The notes under the pieces are model-generated. The model did not search any database, was not told where the DNA came from, and saw nothing but the letters and a program-made list of their open reading frames with translations. Shown here piece by piece: positions 43,279-55,751 of a DNA stretch of 64,000 nt. The position numbers and the translations under genes are program-made. Numbering within the stretch: position 1 is the first letter of the stretch; each line of letters begins with the position of its first letter. Where the stretch lies: positions 254,200,001 through 254,264,000 of the forward strand of contig OZ024740.1 of the NCBI GenBank assembly GCA_964016885.1, written 5' to 3'. The DNA is from Eledone cirrhosa (taxonomy: Eukaryota).

Positions 43279-43680
43279 GGCATCCAGCCGTAGAAAACCT
43301 GCCAGATAGTCCTATATGAGCGAGACACAGTTACCCGACCAGACTTGCCTCAAGTGGGACAACTCCCGTCTAACCCATGCTAGCGTGGAAAATGGATGTT
43401 AAACGAAGATGATGATGATGATGATGATATATATATATACATATATATATTTTATATCATCATCATCATCGTTTAACGTCCATCTTCCACGCTAGCATGG
43501 GTTAGATGGGAGTTGTGCCACTTGAGGTAAATTTGGTCGGGTGACCGTGTATCGCTCATATAGGACTATCTGGCAGGTTTTCTACGGCTGGATACCCTTC
43601 CTAACACCAACCACATTTACAGTGTGGAACTGGGAACTTTTTACCGTGTTACCTACACGGGCACATTACAGTGTGGACTG
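43279..43680. mobile_element. Two RTE-type 3' tails, tail-to-tail
   Basis: ggcatccagccgtagaaaacc...acccatgctagcgtggaa...(GAT)n and its reverse complement across a TA tract. Confidence 0.8.
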
Positions 43681-45120
43681 TGAGTTTTTTTCTTTTTTTT
43701 CCTTTTTCTTTTGTCATGCCACCTACACGATCTCGATCTCATTATCTCATTTATTTGGACTGGATGTTGTGGTACCTACTTGGTGTTGGTGGGAGTGGGA
43801 GGATAGGGTAGGGGTAGTGGATTGGGGTGTATATTTGGGTGTATATTTGGTTAGATTGGGGTGTATATTTGGTTTATCGCAGCTTCAATGGGAAAAGCTC
43901 AATCTCTGTAAATGACAACCCTACAAAAGAACAGGTTGAGAGCTACTGGAGATCTGTATGGGAAACGAATGACGGACTTAACAAACTAAATGGCTAAAAA
44001 AGCTGGAACAGGAAACTGCCAGCATGGGTCAATACTGGAAACAGCTCTACAGAAAATGTTGAATAGGAAATCCCCAGGCCCAGACCTCATAACAGAATAC
44101 TGGATGAAGAATTTCACCTTCTATCGTCAAGATCTCATATGGCTGTATAGAGAAACCAACAAAGGCACACAAGAACTGCCACTACTCTCCTCATCCCCAA
44201 AAATAGCCAAACCACCCTTGTTAAAAATTACCGCCCAATAGCCTGCCAGAACATCATGTATAAATTATACACTGGGTGCCTAAAACTGTTCTTACAGGAT
44301 CATTGTGCCACCAACATTATAATACCTGAGAAAGCTGGTGGAAAGGTGATGTGGGGCTGCATAGATCACCTATTAACCCTTTAGCATTCGCATTAATTTT
44401 CAAATGTCATGCTTATCTGTTCGCATTTATTTTGAGTTAATCATACTCAATTTCATTTGTTTGTAATTTTCTTTATTTTCTATGTGCAGACTTAAAATTT
44501 TGTCAGTAGATGTTAAAATATCAATAATTTACAATTGTATATTTATACCGATTTTTTTTTTTTTTTTGTTAAATTTGACTTTTATGGGCAGGTGAAATTA
44601 ATTAACAGGTGTAAAAGTAATGACTTTATGGATAAGCACAAAAATTAAAACTTTATCTTACTTACCTGCTAGATTTGTTACAAAGAATATCCAACAATGA
44701 CCTAGATGTTGACTTCCAACAATTTTAGCACATTTCTGAACAGGTGAATTAATTTAAAATGCAGGTATAATCAGTACACGGTTTTAGTCTGTCTCTACAT
44801 TTCATGCAAATATTTTAATTGAAAAAAAAATGTATAAAACTCTTTCACCAGTCAAAATAATATTGGCAATGTCTCTTACACAATGTACTGAGTAGATTTA
44901 TATAACAGAATGTGCCCAATATATAAGTTCATTAACAGGTGTGACACAGGTGAATGCAGGTGTTTTTGTATCTAATGTGTTCCAATATATTTTTTTTATA
45001 TTTTTTACAATATTGTCAGACAATATTTCTATCATGATATTGGCCAAACAGCCTTTACATAATGGCACTTTGCAAAATGAACACATAAACGTGGTTTGAA
45101 TTGCATAACCTTTAACAGTT

Positions 45121-48100
45121 TGTAGCGGCCCCTTGCGGCTGTAACTCGGCACGTATAGGAGTTGCGACCCTTTGTGACGGTCGTGACTCCCAGTGGCAGA
45201 TACGTATAGGAGTTGTGTCCCAGTGGCAGATCCATGTATTAAATGGAGTTGCGTCCCCCTGGGGACTATATATTTGAGGACATCAAGGCATTACTCTCTC
45301 ACTTCCTTCACCGGCAGCCGAAAGAAACACTTGAACCTTACCAAGAGAAGACTTCTGTTCTTCTCTACACACTCCAGTCTGGGAGTTGTGACCAACTGAA
45401 CATCAACATGTGGTAAAAATTATTTCTATTAATTTATTTGACTTCTGTGAAGTAAAACCATGTCACAACACTCACCTGCATTTATTGTCATTCTTAATAA
45501 TATATATACACTGATACTAACATTCTAAATTGGTGACCTGACGTTTAAAAAAAAAAAAAAAGAATGGGAAACGGTACCATGTGTATATAACAAAAAAAAG
45601 AGAAAGAAAAAAACATTTAATACAGAACAACACGCTTCATTCTGATCTGGCTCTATTTTACTGATTTCAGCATCTTTATCTGTAACGTTTAACAATCAAA
45701 CTCCTCATATGTGCAAAGCGAACATTCCATTTATTTACACACAAACACAAAACAACAATTGTATGAATGTTTTTTCTTCTTTTCTTCTCTTCTTTTCTCT
45801 GGCTAAAATTTTTGAGGATGACAAGGTGGCGGCTTTCTTCTCCATCAATAGTGTTTTTGGCGCGAAATCGTCCGCCATATGAGTTTTAGTTTTAAATTCC
45901 CTGCCTATACATTGTTAATGACATTGCTCGGTTAGTCGCTCCTTTACATGTTGTCTCGGGTGCATTCTTTTTCCTGTCCAGTTGTTTGGCAGAGAAAAAC
46001 AAGCGATTTTGTTTTCCTTTTCCCTTGTGTTGGAGATATTTTTCCAAACGGAGATGATTTTTTGCAGATTACCTATAGTATAACAATGACATCTCACTCA
46101 GCCATTATGGCGTTGCAGAAGTCCATTCAGGAACTCACCCTGGAGCTCCAGAAGATGAAGGTCTGGTGTGGTGCCTGTTCGCGCCTGCGCAGCCGCGGGA
46201 GATCTCAATCTTTTAGACGTCACTCCAGGTCACCAGCTTCATCTTTGTGCTGGTACCACGAGCGATTTGCTGAGAACGCGAATCACTGCGTGCAACCTTG
46301 CTCGTTTCATAAGGCGGGAAACGCCAAAGAGGTCCGCTGATGGGGGCAGTTGACCTCAACATAAAGCCACCAAACCGCCATTTCTTCATTAAGGACCTTA
46401 TGTCGGGAACAGGTTTCCTCGTGGATACAGGAGCCTCCTGTAGTATTTGGCCGGTCGATTGCCTGAAAAATACCCCCGTGGAGTCATCCGTTACTCTGCA
46501 GGCCGTTAATCACTCGTCTATAAAGACATACGGACAAATTTCGCTTCCTCTCAAATTCCTAAATCTTCGTAGGGATTTTAAGTGGATTTTTACGGTTGCC
46601 GATTTGCCATACCCTATCTTAGGAGCGGATTTCCTCCACAACCGGTTTTTCAATTCGTAGCCGGAAAGCCAATGTTCCAACGGTCAGCCCCATATTCTTC
46701 ATCGCTGCCGCTGGAGACGCCTACCATTCGTTGTTAGGTTCCCGGAGCTCACCAATGGAAATTTTTGAGTCACTGAACCAACACACTCAACTGAACATTT
46801 CATTTCCACCACCGGTGCTCCAGTGTTTTCGCGTCCACGCCGCTTACTGGCAGACAAATTAAAGGCAACATGGTCCGAGTTCGACCATATGCTGCAGCTG
46901 GGCATTATTCGCCCATCTACGAGTCCTTGGGCTTCACCGTTACACATGGTGCCCAAGACTTCCGGCGACTGGAGACCCACTGGGGATTACAGGAGGTTAA
47001 ATGCTACGACCGTCTCGGATAGGTATCCCATTCCCCATCTCCAGGATTTCGCATCTTCATTGCAGGGGTGTAAGATTTTCTCAAAACTAGATTTAGTGCG
47101 AGCTTACCACCAAATTCCGGTCAGGAAGGAGGATATTCCGAAAACGGCATTTACAACTCCTTTCGGACTCAGGAACGCCGCTAGCACTTTTCAGCGGTTC
47201 ATAGACGAGGTCACTCGTGGTCTGGACTTCGTTTATGCTTACATAGACGATATTCTCGTCGCTAGTTCCTCTCCGGAAGAGCATATGCGCCACATGCTTC
47301 TCTTATTTCGGCGACTTCAGGATTACCGTGTTCGTGTGAATCCAGCAAAGTGTGTTTTCGGTTCCACTTCCCTAAATATTTTAGGCCACCTCATCGACGC
47401 CGAAGGTATTAGGCCGCTCCCTCAGCGAGTTCAAGCCATACAGGAGTTACCTCCGCCTACTACACTTCACCAGTTGCGTCACTTCTTAGGCCTAATCAAT
47501 TTCTATAGGCGTTTCGTTCCTCATTGTGCTAATTTGCTATCTTCCCTTACTGACATTTTTAAAAATCGTCGTAAGAAGAATGAGGATATTTCCTTGACAT
47601 AAGGACAGCTTAAAGACTTCCAGACTGCCAAGACAGCACTTGCTAGTTCATCTTTGCTAGCCCACCCGGTACCAGAGGCCAAGCTTTCGCTTTGTGTTCA
47701 TGCATCTGATACCGCTGTGGGAGCAGTTTTACAGCAGTACAACGCTGGAAACCAACAACCTTTGACATTTTTCTCAAGGAAGCTGAAACCAGCAGAAACG
47801 CGTTACAGCACGTTTGGGCGGGAATTATTAGCCATATATCTGTCGGTGAAACATTTCTCTCATATTCTTGAGGGGATAAATTTTACAGTTTTACCGACCA
47901 CAAACCTCTGACCTTCGCTTTGAGGGCTTATAACCGACAGATATTCGCCCAGAGAGACAAGGCATCTGCATTACGTTTCGCAATTTACAAGTGATATCCA
48001 GCATATTGCTGGCTCGCTTAGCATAGCTGCAGACGCATTGTCACGTTTGCCAATCAGCTCCATCTCGTCATCCCAGGAGATCGACTTAAGTCGTTTAGCT

Positions 48101-49688
48101 GCAGACTAACCTGCACTCCAATCGTTGGATACTCTGTCTGCCGAGTTTGCAACTTGCATCTTCAAATATCTGCCCTTGTCCACCACCGACAGGCAGATTC
48201 TATGTGATGTATCTACGGATTCACCACGACCATTTGTTCCTGAGACTCACCGTCGAATTGTGTTCCTTGCTTTGCACAGCATTTCTCACCCAGGAATTTC
48301 TGCCACAGTAAAGCTTATAACGGCTAGATTTTTCTGGCCCAATATGAGGCGAGAAATTACTGTCTGGTGCCGTTTCTGCACACAGTGTCAGAGATCTAAA
48401 GTCCACAGACACATCCGGACTCCACTTGGTACTTTCAGTACTCCAGATGCTCGGTTTCAACACATCCACATTGATATCGTTGGACCTTGGCCATTCAGTA
48501 GTGGATATTCGTACCTCTTAACCTGTATCGATCGTTTTTCGCGATGGCCTGAAGCCATCCCCTTAAAAGATATTACTGCTGAGACTGTAGCGCGTGCCCT
48601 GGTATCGGGGTGGATTACCCGCTTTGGGGTACCAACTACAGTCACCCCAGACCGTGGTAGACAATTTGAGTTTTATCTTTTCTCTGAGCTCACAAAGATC
48701 ATTGGTGCTCAACGGATTCGGACCACAGCTTATCATCCTGCTTCAAACGGAATGGTGGAACGCTCTTCGCGCCTATCCAGACTCTCAACGTTGGAGCGAG
48801 TACCTTCTTATTGTGTTGTTAGGAATTCGGTCATCAATAAAGGAGGACCTTGGGTTCTCCCCGGCCGAATTACTGTATGGTGCTCCTCTAGCGTTGCCTG
48901 GGCAAATGCTTGCCCCTGTTGATCTTGCTTTCCGGGGGCCTGTTTCCTACGTATCTCGTTTGCGCTCCTATTTTCAGGACTTACAGTCCATGAATACTAG
49001 GAAACAAACTATTAAATCTGCAGTCCCGAGGGATATTGCCTCTTGGACACGTGTATTCGTCAGAAACGATGCGGTTACTGCACCCCTCACACAGCCGTAC
49101 TCTGGACCCTACCGTGTGTTAGCACGTACTGACAAACATTTCACAGTAGACATTAAGGGGTCCAGAGAGACAATTTCGGTGGATAGACTAAAAAGGGCAT
49201 ACAATGACGCTCATACACCCGAGCCACAAATACCCCAATCTTTCTCTCTTGTGCATACACCTGCTCCTTCTGCCCCACCTTCAGTACCCTACCTGGAGGA
49301 GGGTACTGTAGCGGCCCCTTACGGCTGTAACTCAGCACGTATAGGAGTTGCGTCCCTTTGTGACGGTCGCGACTCCCAGTGGCAGATCCATGTACTAAAT
49401 GGAGTTGCGTTCTCCTTGGGAACTATATATTTGAGGACATCAAGGTATTACTCTCTCACTTCCTGCACCGGCAGCCGAAAGAAACACTTGAACCTTACCA
49501 AGAGAAGATTTCTGTTCTTCTCTACACACTCCAGTCTGGGAGTTGTGACCAACTGAACATCAACATGTGGTAAAAATTATTTCTATTAATTTATTTGACT
49601 TCTGTGAAGTAAAACCATGTCACAACACTCACCTGCATTTATTGTCATTCTTAATAATATATATACACACTGATACTAAAATTCTAAA
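45121..49688 (+). mobile_element. Ty3/Gypsy LTR retrotransposon, CsRN1-like (gag largely deleted, pol degenerate)
   Basis: LTRs 45121-45529 and 49307-49688; TSD AGTT; tRNA-Trp PBS at 45531; CHCC gag knuckle CWYH..C..PC; protease DTG; RT YIDD; RNase H; integrase HPG..C..C, HIDIVGP, GPY; PPT ggaggaggg. Confidence 0.95.
46316..46357 (+). promoter_or_regulatory. Programmed -1 ribosomal frameshift signal (gag/pol)
   Basis: G GGA AAC in gag phase, 6-nt spacer, hairpin gaggtc...gacctc; protease ORF 46340 lies in the -1 frame. Confidence 0.75.
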
Positions 49689-52600
49689 AGTTTTTCTCTT
49701 TTGCAAAGAACACATTCGGAAAACCTTCTTCCCATTAATTTTTTCCACTTTGTGAAAATCAATATTTTCCGTGTTTACCTCAGATAATTTCGACTTTCTC
49801 CCAGCTTTGTGTTTACGAGAAGAATATCCTTCATGTAGATGAGAGGCCACTTCTACACGAAATTTCATGAGGCAGTAGTCCTTTGGTGGTGGCAGATTCT
49901 TGTGGCTTTTAGTGAATACAATAAAAGAATTCACAATGGTTAAATTCACTAAATATACCACAAGATATATCTCCATTTCTTCCCAGAGCATCCAACTGGG
50001 TAGTAGGCGCAATATTGGTCGGATTTGTCAACCCCACCCGTATATTTATTATAGGAGAGGTTGACTAAAGGTTTACCTTCAGCCTCAACCTCTCTCTTTT
50101 TAAATTTTGTGATTTTCATTTCTTGGGGTAGCCCTTTGCGATTCCCCATTATTGTACCGCAGGTGTACGTATTTACGAGGGCAAGATCCTCTTCTAGACA
50201 CACTGAAAAAAAAAGCAATTAAAATATGTGTCTATGTTGAGAGTGAAAGGGTTCAGTCAGAGACCACACATCATCGTACACCCAAGCCATATTTTCTCTC
50301 TCCGTTGTGTTTCTTTCCTGTGTAAACATCAAAGTTTACACAGTAGCCTGTGTCCGATTCACAGAGTTCCCACACCTTGATGCCCCATTTAGTGGGTTTA
50401 GCTGGTATGTATTGTCTAAAATGAATCCTACCTTTATACCCAATCATAGCTTCATCAACACTAAGATTTTTCCCAGGTATATACACTGTTTTAAATTTTT
50501 CCGAGAGCATTTTAATTACTGGTCGAACTTTATACAGAGGGTCATAATTGAAATCATTTCTACCAGGGGCATTTGAAGTATCAACCAGATGCAAATATTG
50601 GTTTAATTTCAAATACCTTGTTTTGGGCATAATACTCGATATATAAGGGTCGCTAAACCTAATATCAGTGCTCTAGTAATTCCACAATCTTGGAAATTGT
50701 TTTATACCAAACATGTTTATGGTAAAAAACGCTTGCATCTCCGCAGCATCTGTAGGTCGCCATAACTGATCGGGTTTTCTTCGATATGAAATCTGCTGTT
50801 GGGGATATTGATTTGTTTCTTTTGCCACAACTTCGAAGAAAGTTTGTGGCAAAAGCAAAAAGAAATAATCCAGTGCTTTCGCATCAGGAGGTAATATATG
50901 CTGTGGACCAGTATTTTCAACAAAATCAGGAACATGTATTGGTGTGGTATTTTTCGACCATGTTGCTGAAATATCTTCAATGGCGCCCTGGAGATCTGCT
51001 TCACTTTCACTTTCAAAATAACAATCTTCGTCGGACGAAATTTCAGAAATATAAACATCAGATTCATTTGATGATATATCACTAATATTACCTTTTGTTT
51101 CTTGTTCATTTTGAATGTCATTGTGTGTAAAACCTTCAAAGTCGGTATCGCTACTTTCAGAAGCCATGTTGATACAAAAAAAATTTGTTGCACTTCCAAA
51201 GTTAAAAAAAACACGTGTTGCTTTAACTTGTTTCACTATATTAATGTGTTAATTTTTGCGGTAAAGGCCTAATCTCGCAGTAGTCTCGAATTGACGAGAT
51301 TTTGATGGTTTGTTTATTTTTAGAACGATATTTTAGTGTCGCTTTCGGGCGGTTTGAACAAATGAAGGGAAATAATTTCGGGCGTTTTGAACACTAAAGG
51401 GTTAACAAATAAAATGATACAGGAAAAAGCAGCAAAAGAATTGCAGGAATATGACTGTGGTGTGGCTGGACTAGCAAGGCTTTTGATAGTGTACCTCATA
51501 AGTGGATCATTAAGGCTTTACAGTTAGCCAAAGTCCCACAACCACTAGTAGCTGCTGTTGAACGCCTGACCAAGAACTGCAACACGAATTTGATCCTTAG
51601 AGGTGAGGAGAAAATTGAGACTGATACGATACACTACCAGAAAGGCATCTTCAGGGTGATAGCTTATCAGTGCTGCTCTTCGTCCTCTCACTAAACCCAC
51701 TATTTTACCTGCTCACAAAACAAAGTGGTCATAGAAGTGGGTCCAGAAGTATTTCTGATCTTTTCTTTGTTGAAGACCTGAAGTTGAATGGGCCAAATAC
51801 TAACTATATCAAAAAACAATTGGACCTCATTACATAATTTTCTGCAGTCATCAGAATTAAATTTGGTGAGACCAAATGTGCATATTTGGCAGTAAAATGT
51901 GGAAGGATTGTGCCCTCCTCTAGAAATGAACGACTTGACAATACAACCTCTACAGTCAGGTGACAACTACAGATATTTTAGACAGGATGAGAATGTCAGA
52001 TATGATGGACCCATAAATAAAGAGAGAACCAGAACTGAATACTCCAGGAGAGTAAAGAAAATACGGTCCTCAGAACTCTCAGCATACAACAAATTCATTG
52101 CACACAATACTTATGCTGTGTCAATCCTAACACCAACATTTGGCCTGCTTCAGTGCAAGAACTAGCTTCTCAATGTTACTAGAACAAGCTTCTCAATGTT
52201 ACTAGAAACTTTTAACATCAATGGTGATGCAGATAGGCTATACTTCTCATGCAAGGAAGGCAGCTGAGGGTCTAAAATCCACATTAACATCATATGAGAC
52301 CCGAATAGTAACACTGAAGCAACATTTTCAGCAGAAGAAAAAGGTCAGCAACCATCTTGCCCAGGTTTTTGAACATGAAGGAAATATTATTAGGATAGCC
52401 ACTGATCTGGAAGAGAGATATGGAATAAAACCAGATATAAATCTCTCTTCCAGGGAAATTGGAAGATCCTATTCAATGCTTGACAATTAAAAAAAATGGA
52501 CCAATTTACAGAGAAAGTTGGGTACCTGAGAAGAAAAAGACCATATAGGGGATTAATCATTCAAAAAGCCTGGCATAGAGTTCTGACACAAGTTTATGAC

Positions 52601-53253
52601 ATCCCACCTTGAAGGATATCTCTATGCAATACAGGAACAAGAAATCCCTACCAAATATCTGTTATACAAAAGAGAAGAGCCATCGGTTGACAATAAATGT
52701 AGGCTTTGTAAAACAAAGATCAAAGATGTTAGCCACATTGTTGCCAACTGCAAAAGAATGTTGTCTCACTACTACCTCCCTATGAGACACAATGTGATAG
52801 CTAGAACCATCTGGAACGCACTTAGGAAAAAAAATTAAAAACAAATGAGGAATATGTTGAGCTAGATGGCACTAAAGAATACTGGTCGAATTAGGTATAA
52901 GAGGGATCAGATGCAGTTTACGAGAGAGGAGATTGCATTGGTATGGTCATGTGATGCATATGAAGGATGACAGCTGTATAAAAAGTGCAGAGCAATCAAG
53001 ACCTGGGGCGACGTGATAAAAGCTGACCTTGCACACTTGAACTGCTCCAAGACAATGAAACAGGATCGAGATCTTTGACGCTATACTTTCCCTTGTGCAC
53101 GGACTTAAACTCAGTAGGCATCTCTTAATCCAATATACACCCTACACCACCCTTACTCTAAAGTTATGTTGGTACCACAAAACACTGTAAAGTGGTCGTG
53201 TACGTGTCATGACAAAAAGCACCTAGTCCATACTGTAAAGTGATCGTGTAGGA

Positions 53254-53440
53254 CAGGCATGTCAAACATTTCGGCCCGTGGGTTGCATGTGGCTCTTTAC
53301 AAGCACACCTGCAGCCCGCACAAAGGTTTTTACAGAACGAGCATGTTTTATCTTCGTAATATAAAATAAAAAATATTAGTAGTAATGTGTGCAATTAGTT
53401 GTCATGTGTGACCCATTTGGCCCTCAGTTTTACATGCCTG
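53254..53440. mobile_element. hAT-type MITE
   Basis: TIR CAGGCATGTCAAAC / GTTTTACATGCCTG; 8-bp TSD GTGTAGGA on both sides. Confidence 0.9.
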
Positions 53441-53448
53441 GTGTAGGA

Positions 53449-53770
53449 GACAGCAAAAAGCATCCAGCACACACTGTAAATATGGTTGGCGTTAGGAAGA
53501 GCATGCAGCCAGAAAGTCCTATACAAGCGAGATACGGTCACCCGATCAAACTTGCCTTAAATGGGACAAACCCGTCTAACCCATGCTAGTGTGGAAGACA
53601 GACATTAAATGATGATGAGGATACATCATCATCAACATTTTACGTCTGCTTTTCCCTGCTTGCAAGGGTGGAACGGGAACTGATTCTGGCTTGATTTCTA
53701 CAGCTGGATGCCCTTCCTAACACCAACCTCATTTACAGCGAGTGCTGGGTGCTTTTTTGCTGTGGCACCT
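53449..53770. mobile_element. RTE-type 3' tails, tail-to-tail
   Basis: ggttggcgttaggaagagcatgcagcc...acccatgctagtgtggaa...(GAT)n followed by an inverted (CAT)n copy. Confidence 0.7.
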
Positions 53771-53814
53771 CCACGACCACTTTGCAGTGGAATGATATGG
53801 ACCCCAGTCCCTAT

Positions 53815-53959
53815 CTCATTTCTACAGCTGAGTAAACTGGAGCAATGTGAAATAAAGTGTCTTGCTCAAGGAAACAACACATCACCCAGTCTGAGAATTG
53901 AACTCACAACCTTACGATTGCAAGGCCAATGCTCTAACCACTAAGCCATGTGCCTCCAC
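53815..53959 (-). mobile_element. tRNA-derived CORE-like SINE (partial copy also at 55220-55300, plus)
   Basis: tggcttagtggttagagc A-box, gagttcaattc B-box, ccttgagcaagacactt core. Confidence 0.8.
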
Positions 53960-54129
53960 ATATGTGTATATATACATACATGCATTCTTGAGTTTTATAT
54001 CGAATATTATAAATATTCGATTCATTTGCAAGCAAACAGCTTGATAACATCATGTGGCTTAGACGACAACAGTCATCCTTTTATTCTAGTGATAGCAATC
54101 GAAACAATCGACAATTGTTTTGGGGTTAT

Positions 54130-54540
54130 TTTGTCATGGTTGCGTATCTCCTTTTCTGCTACACACTAGATTTCTTGATTATAATTTTTGGAAAAGCCAA
54201 AGGGTTTTCAGAGTAATGTTACGCAACAGAGTGCTTAACTTGGAGATCAGAAAGTCACTCTGGGTAGAGCTGCTACTTCTCCAAATTGAGAAATCACAAC
54301 TCCAATAGTATGAGCATGTGGTTAGAATGTCTCAGGAAAGAATCACTGGACAGATTTTACAGGCAAAACCAACTGGTGGCAGACCCTGAGCAAGATGGTT
54401 GGATAACATCCATTCCATGAGCTTGGCGATCCAGCCAGATCAGTTGGCAACAGTTGCTTCTGACAAGACCTGCTGGAAGGAATGTTTGAGGACTCTGTCC
54501 CCACAACCCTCTCGGGAATAAGTAGACAAAGAAGAATTTA
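54130..54540 (+). mobile_element. RTE-clade LINE 3' fragment
   Basis: RNRVLNLEIRKSL...IEKSQLQ*YEHVVRM..ER...GRP..RW.DNI. Confidence 0.7.
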
Positions 54541-54810
54541 AAAAGAGAAAGAAAAAGAAAATCAAGTTAAAGAAAAATTTATTTCAGTATATCACAATAC
54601 ATCTACACAGTTGAAATTATATTTTCTCATTCAATTCATTTACACCAAGCCCTTTCTCTTCCTTTTTTTGTGTTCTTGACAAATTCTTTTGAAAAATGTT
54701 TAAATTGATATTTCAAAACCTTTATTCACTTATGTTACACTGATAATCTACAGTGTATAATAATAACTAAATAAAATAACACTAGGTAGAAATCTGTTTC
54801 TGCAGAAATT

Positions 54811-54960
54811 TTACTTTTTATCAACAAACCGCTTGATTCCATTGAGGAAGGACAAATATCTCTTGTGTTCATATACTGTACAGAAATCCATCAATTGGTT
54901 AATGAAATCATCATTAATTCCACGTTCGTCAAGCATATCCATTAAGAGGTCATACAGATT
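54811..54960 (-). CDS. C1QBP: Last coding exon of C1QBP/p32 (mitochondrial acidic matrix protein, MAM33 family)
   Basis: tttttaatttctAG acceptor, then NLYDLLMDMLDERGINDDFINQLMDFCTVYEHKRYLSFLNGIKRFVDKK* (50 codons), similar to human ALYDHLMDFLADRGVDNTF...EHQEYITFLEDLKSFV; AATAAA at 54721-54726 and 54578-54583 (minus). Confidence 0.9.
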   Translation of the reverse strand, partial: NLYDLLMDMLDERGINDDFINQLMDFCTVYEHKRYLSFLNGIKRFVDKK

Positions 54961-55751
54961 CTAGAAATTAAAAAGTAGAATCCAATAAACATCTTGTAAT
55001 AAAGGTGTCAACATTGTAAAATCATTCAATTTATTCATGTGATTGGAGTGATGTTAAGGACCGAAAGACTTGCCTGAGGGGGGTTCTTATCTTATGACCT
55101 TCTACTGTCCAACTCTCCTGAGAGTTTCTTACAACTGATGTTTGGAGAAGAATTATCTGGAGTGACATTCTTGAGTCGTTTAGGATTGTCTGTATTGAAG
55201 TGAAGGTGAGTGTAAATTAGATTCACAATTGTAAGGTTGTGAGTTTGATTCCTAGGTTGGGCAATGTCCTTAAGCAAGACACTATTTCTTGAGCAAGACA
55301 CGTTTCTCTTTCTGCCAGGAGTTGAGAGCGGTAGATAGTATTATCAATTGGAAAGACCAATAGAAACATTGTTTCCTGGTCCAACCTGACGAGTTCCATC
55401 ACACTCAGTAAGCAAATGAGATCTGGGATCTTGTTGAATCATACTTAAGTATCTTATAATGATGGTGGTACAGTTAAGATGTGTGCAATAAAACTGGTGG
55501 GAGTATGTGATAATCCACAGCTCACCATTCCCAACCCAGGCACTGCCCATTTGCTACAAGGCCAGCCTCATGACCCAGCAATTTCTCTTCCATGGTGGGA
55601 TGCTCCTACCCCTTAACAAATAACAGGGGAGTGAAACAATTATACAAGGTGGGGAGGGGGACAATTGGCCATTGTCCTCCAGATGTTTGCTTTGTCCTGC
55701 GGAAATGGCAAGGCGGATCTCTCTCTCTCTCCCCCTTTCTATATATATATA

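Larger units (their letters stand above)
44377..51401 (-). mobile_element. piggyBac transposon (degenerate), split by Gypsy
   Basis: TIRs CCCTTTAGCATTC / GAACACTAAAGGG with TTAA at 44373 and 51402; transposase SVDEAMI, KPTKWGIK, YNKYTGGVDKSDQ; C-terminal Cys-rich domain at ~45030-45120. Confidence 0.93.
43900..52890 (+). mobile_element. R4/Dong-like RLE non-LTR retrotransposon pseudogene, split by piggyBac
   Basis: KSPGPDLI..W.K, NYRPIAC; GCIDHLL|TNKMI rejoined across TTAA; WLD..AFDSVPH; QGDSLS; AIQEQEIPT..CRLC...VSHIVANC...RHN. Confidence 0.88.
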
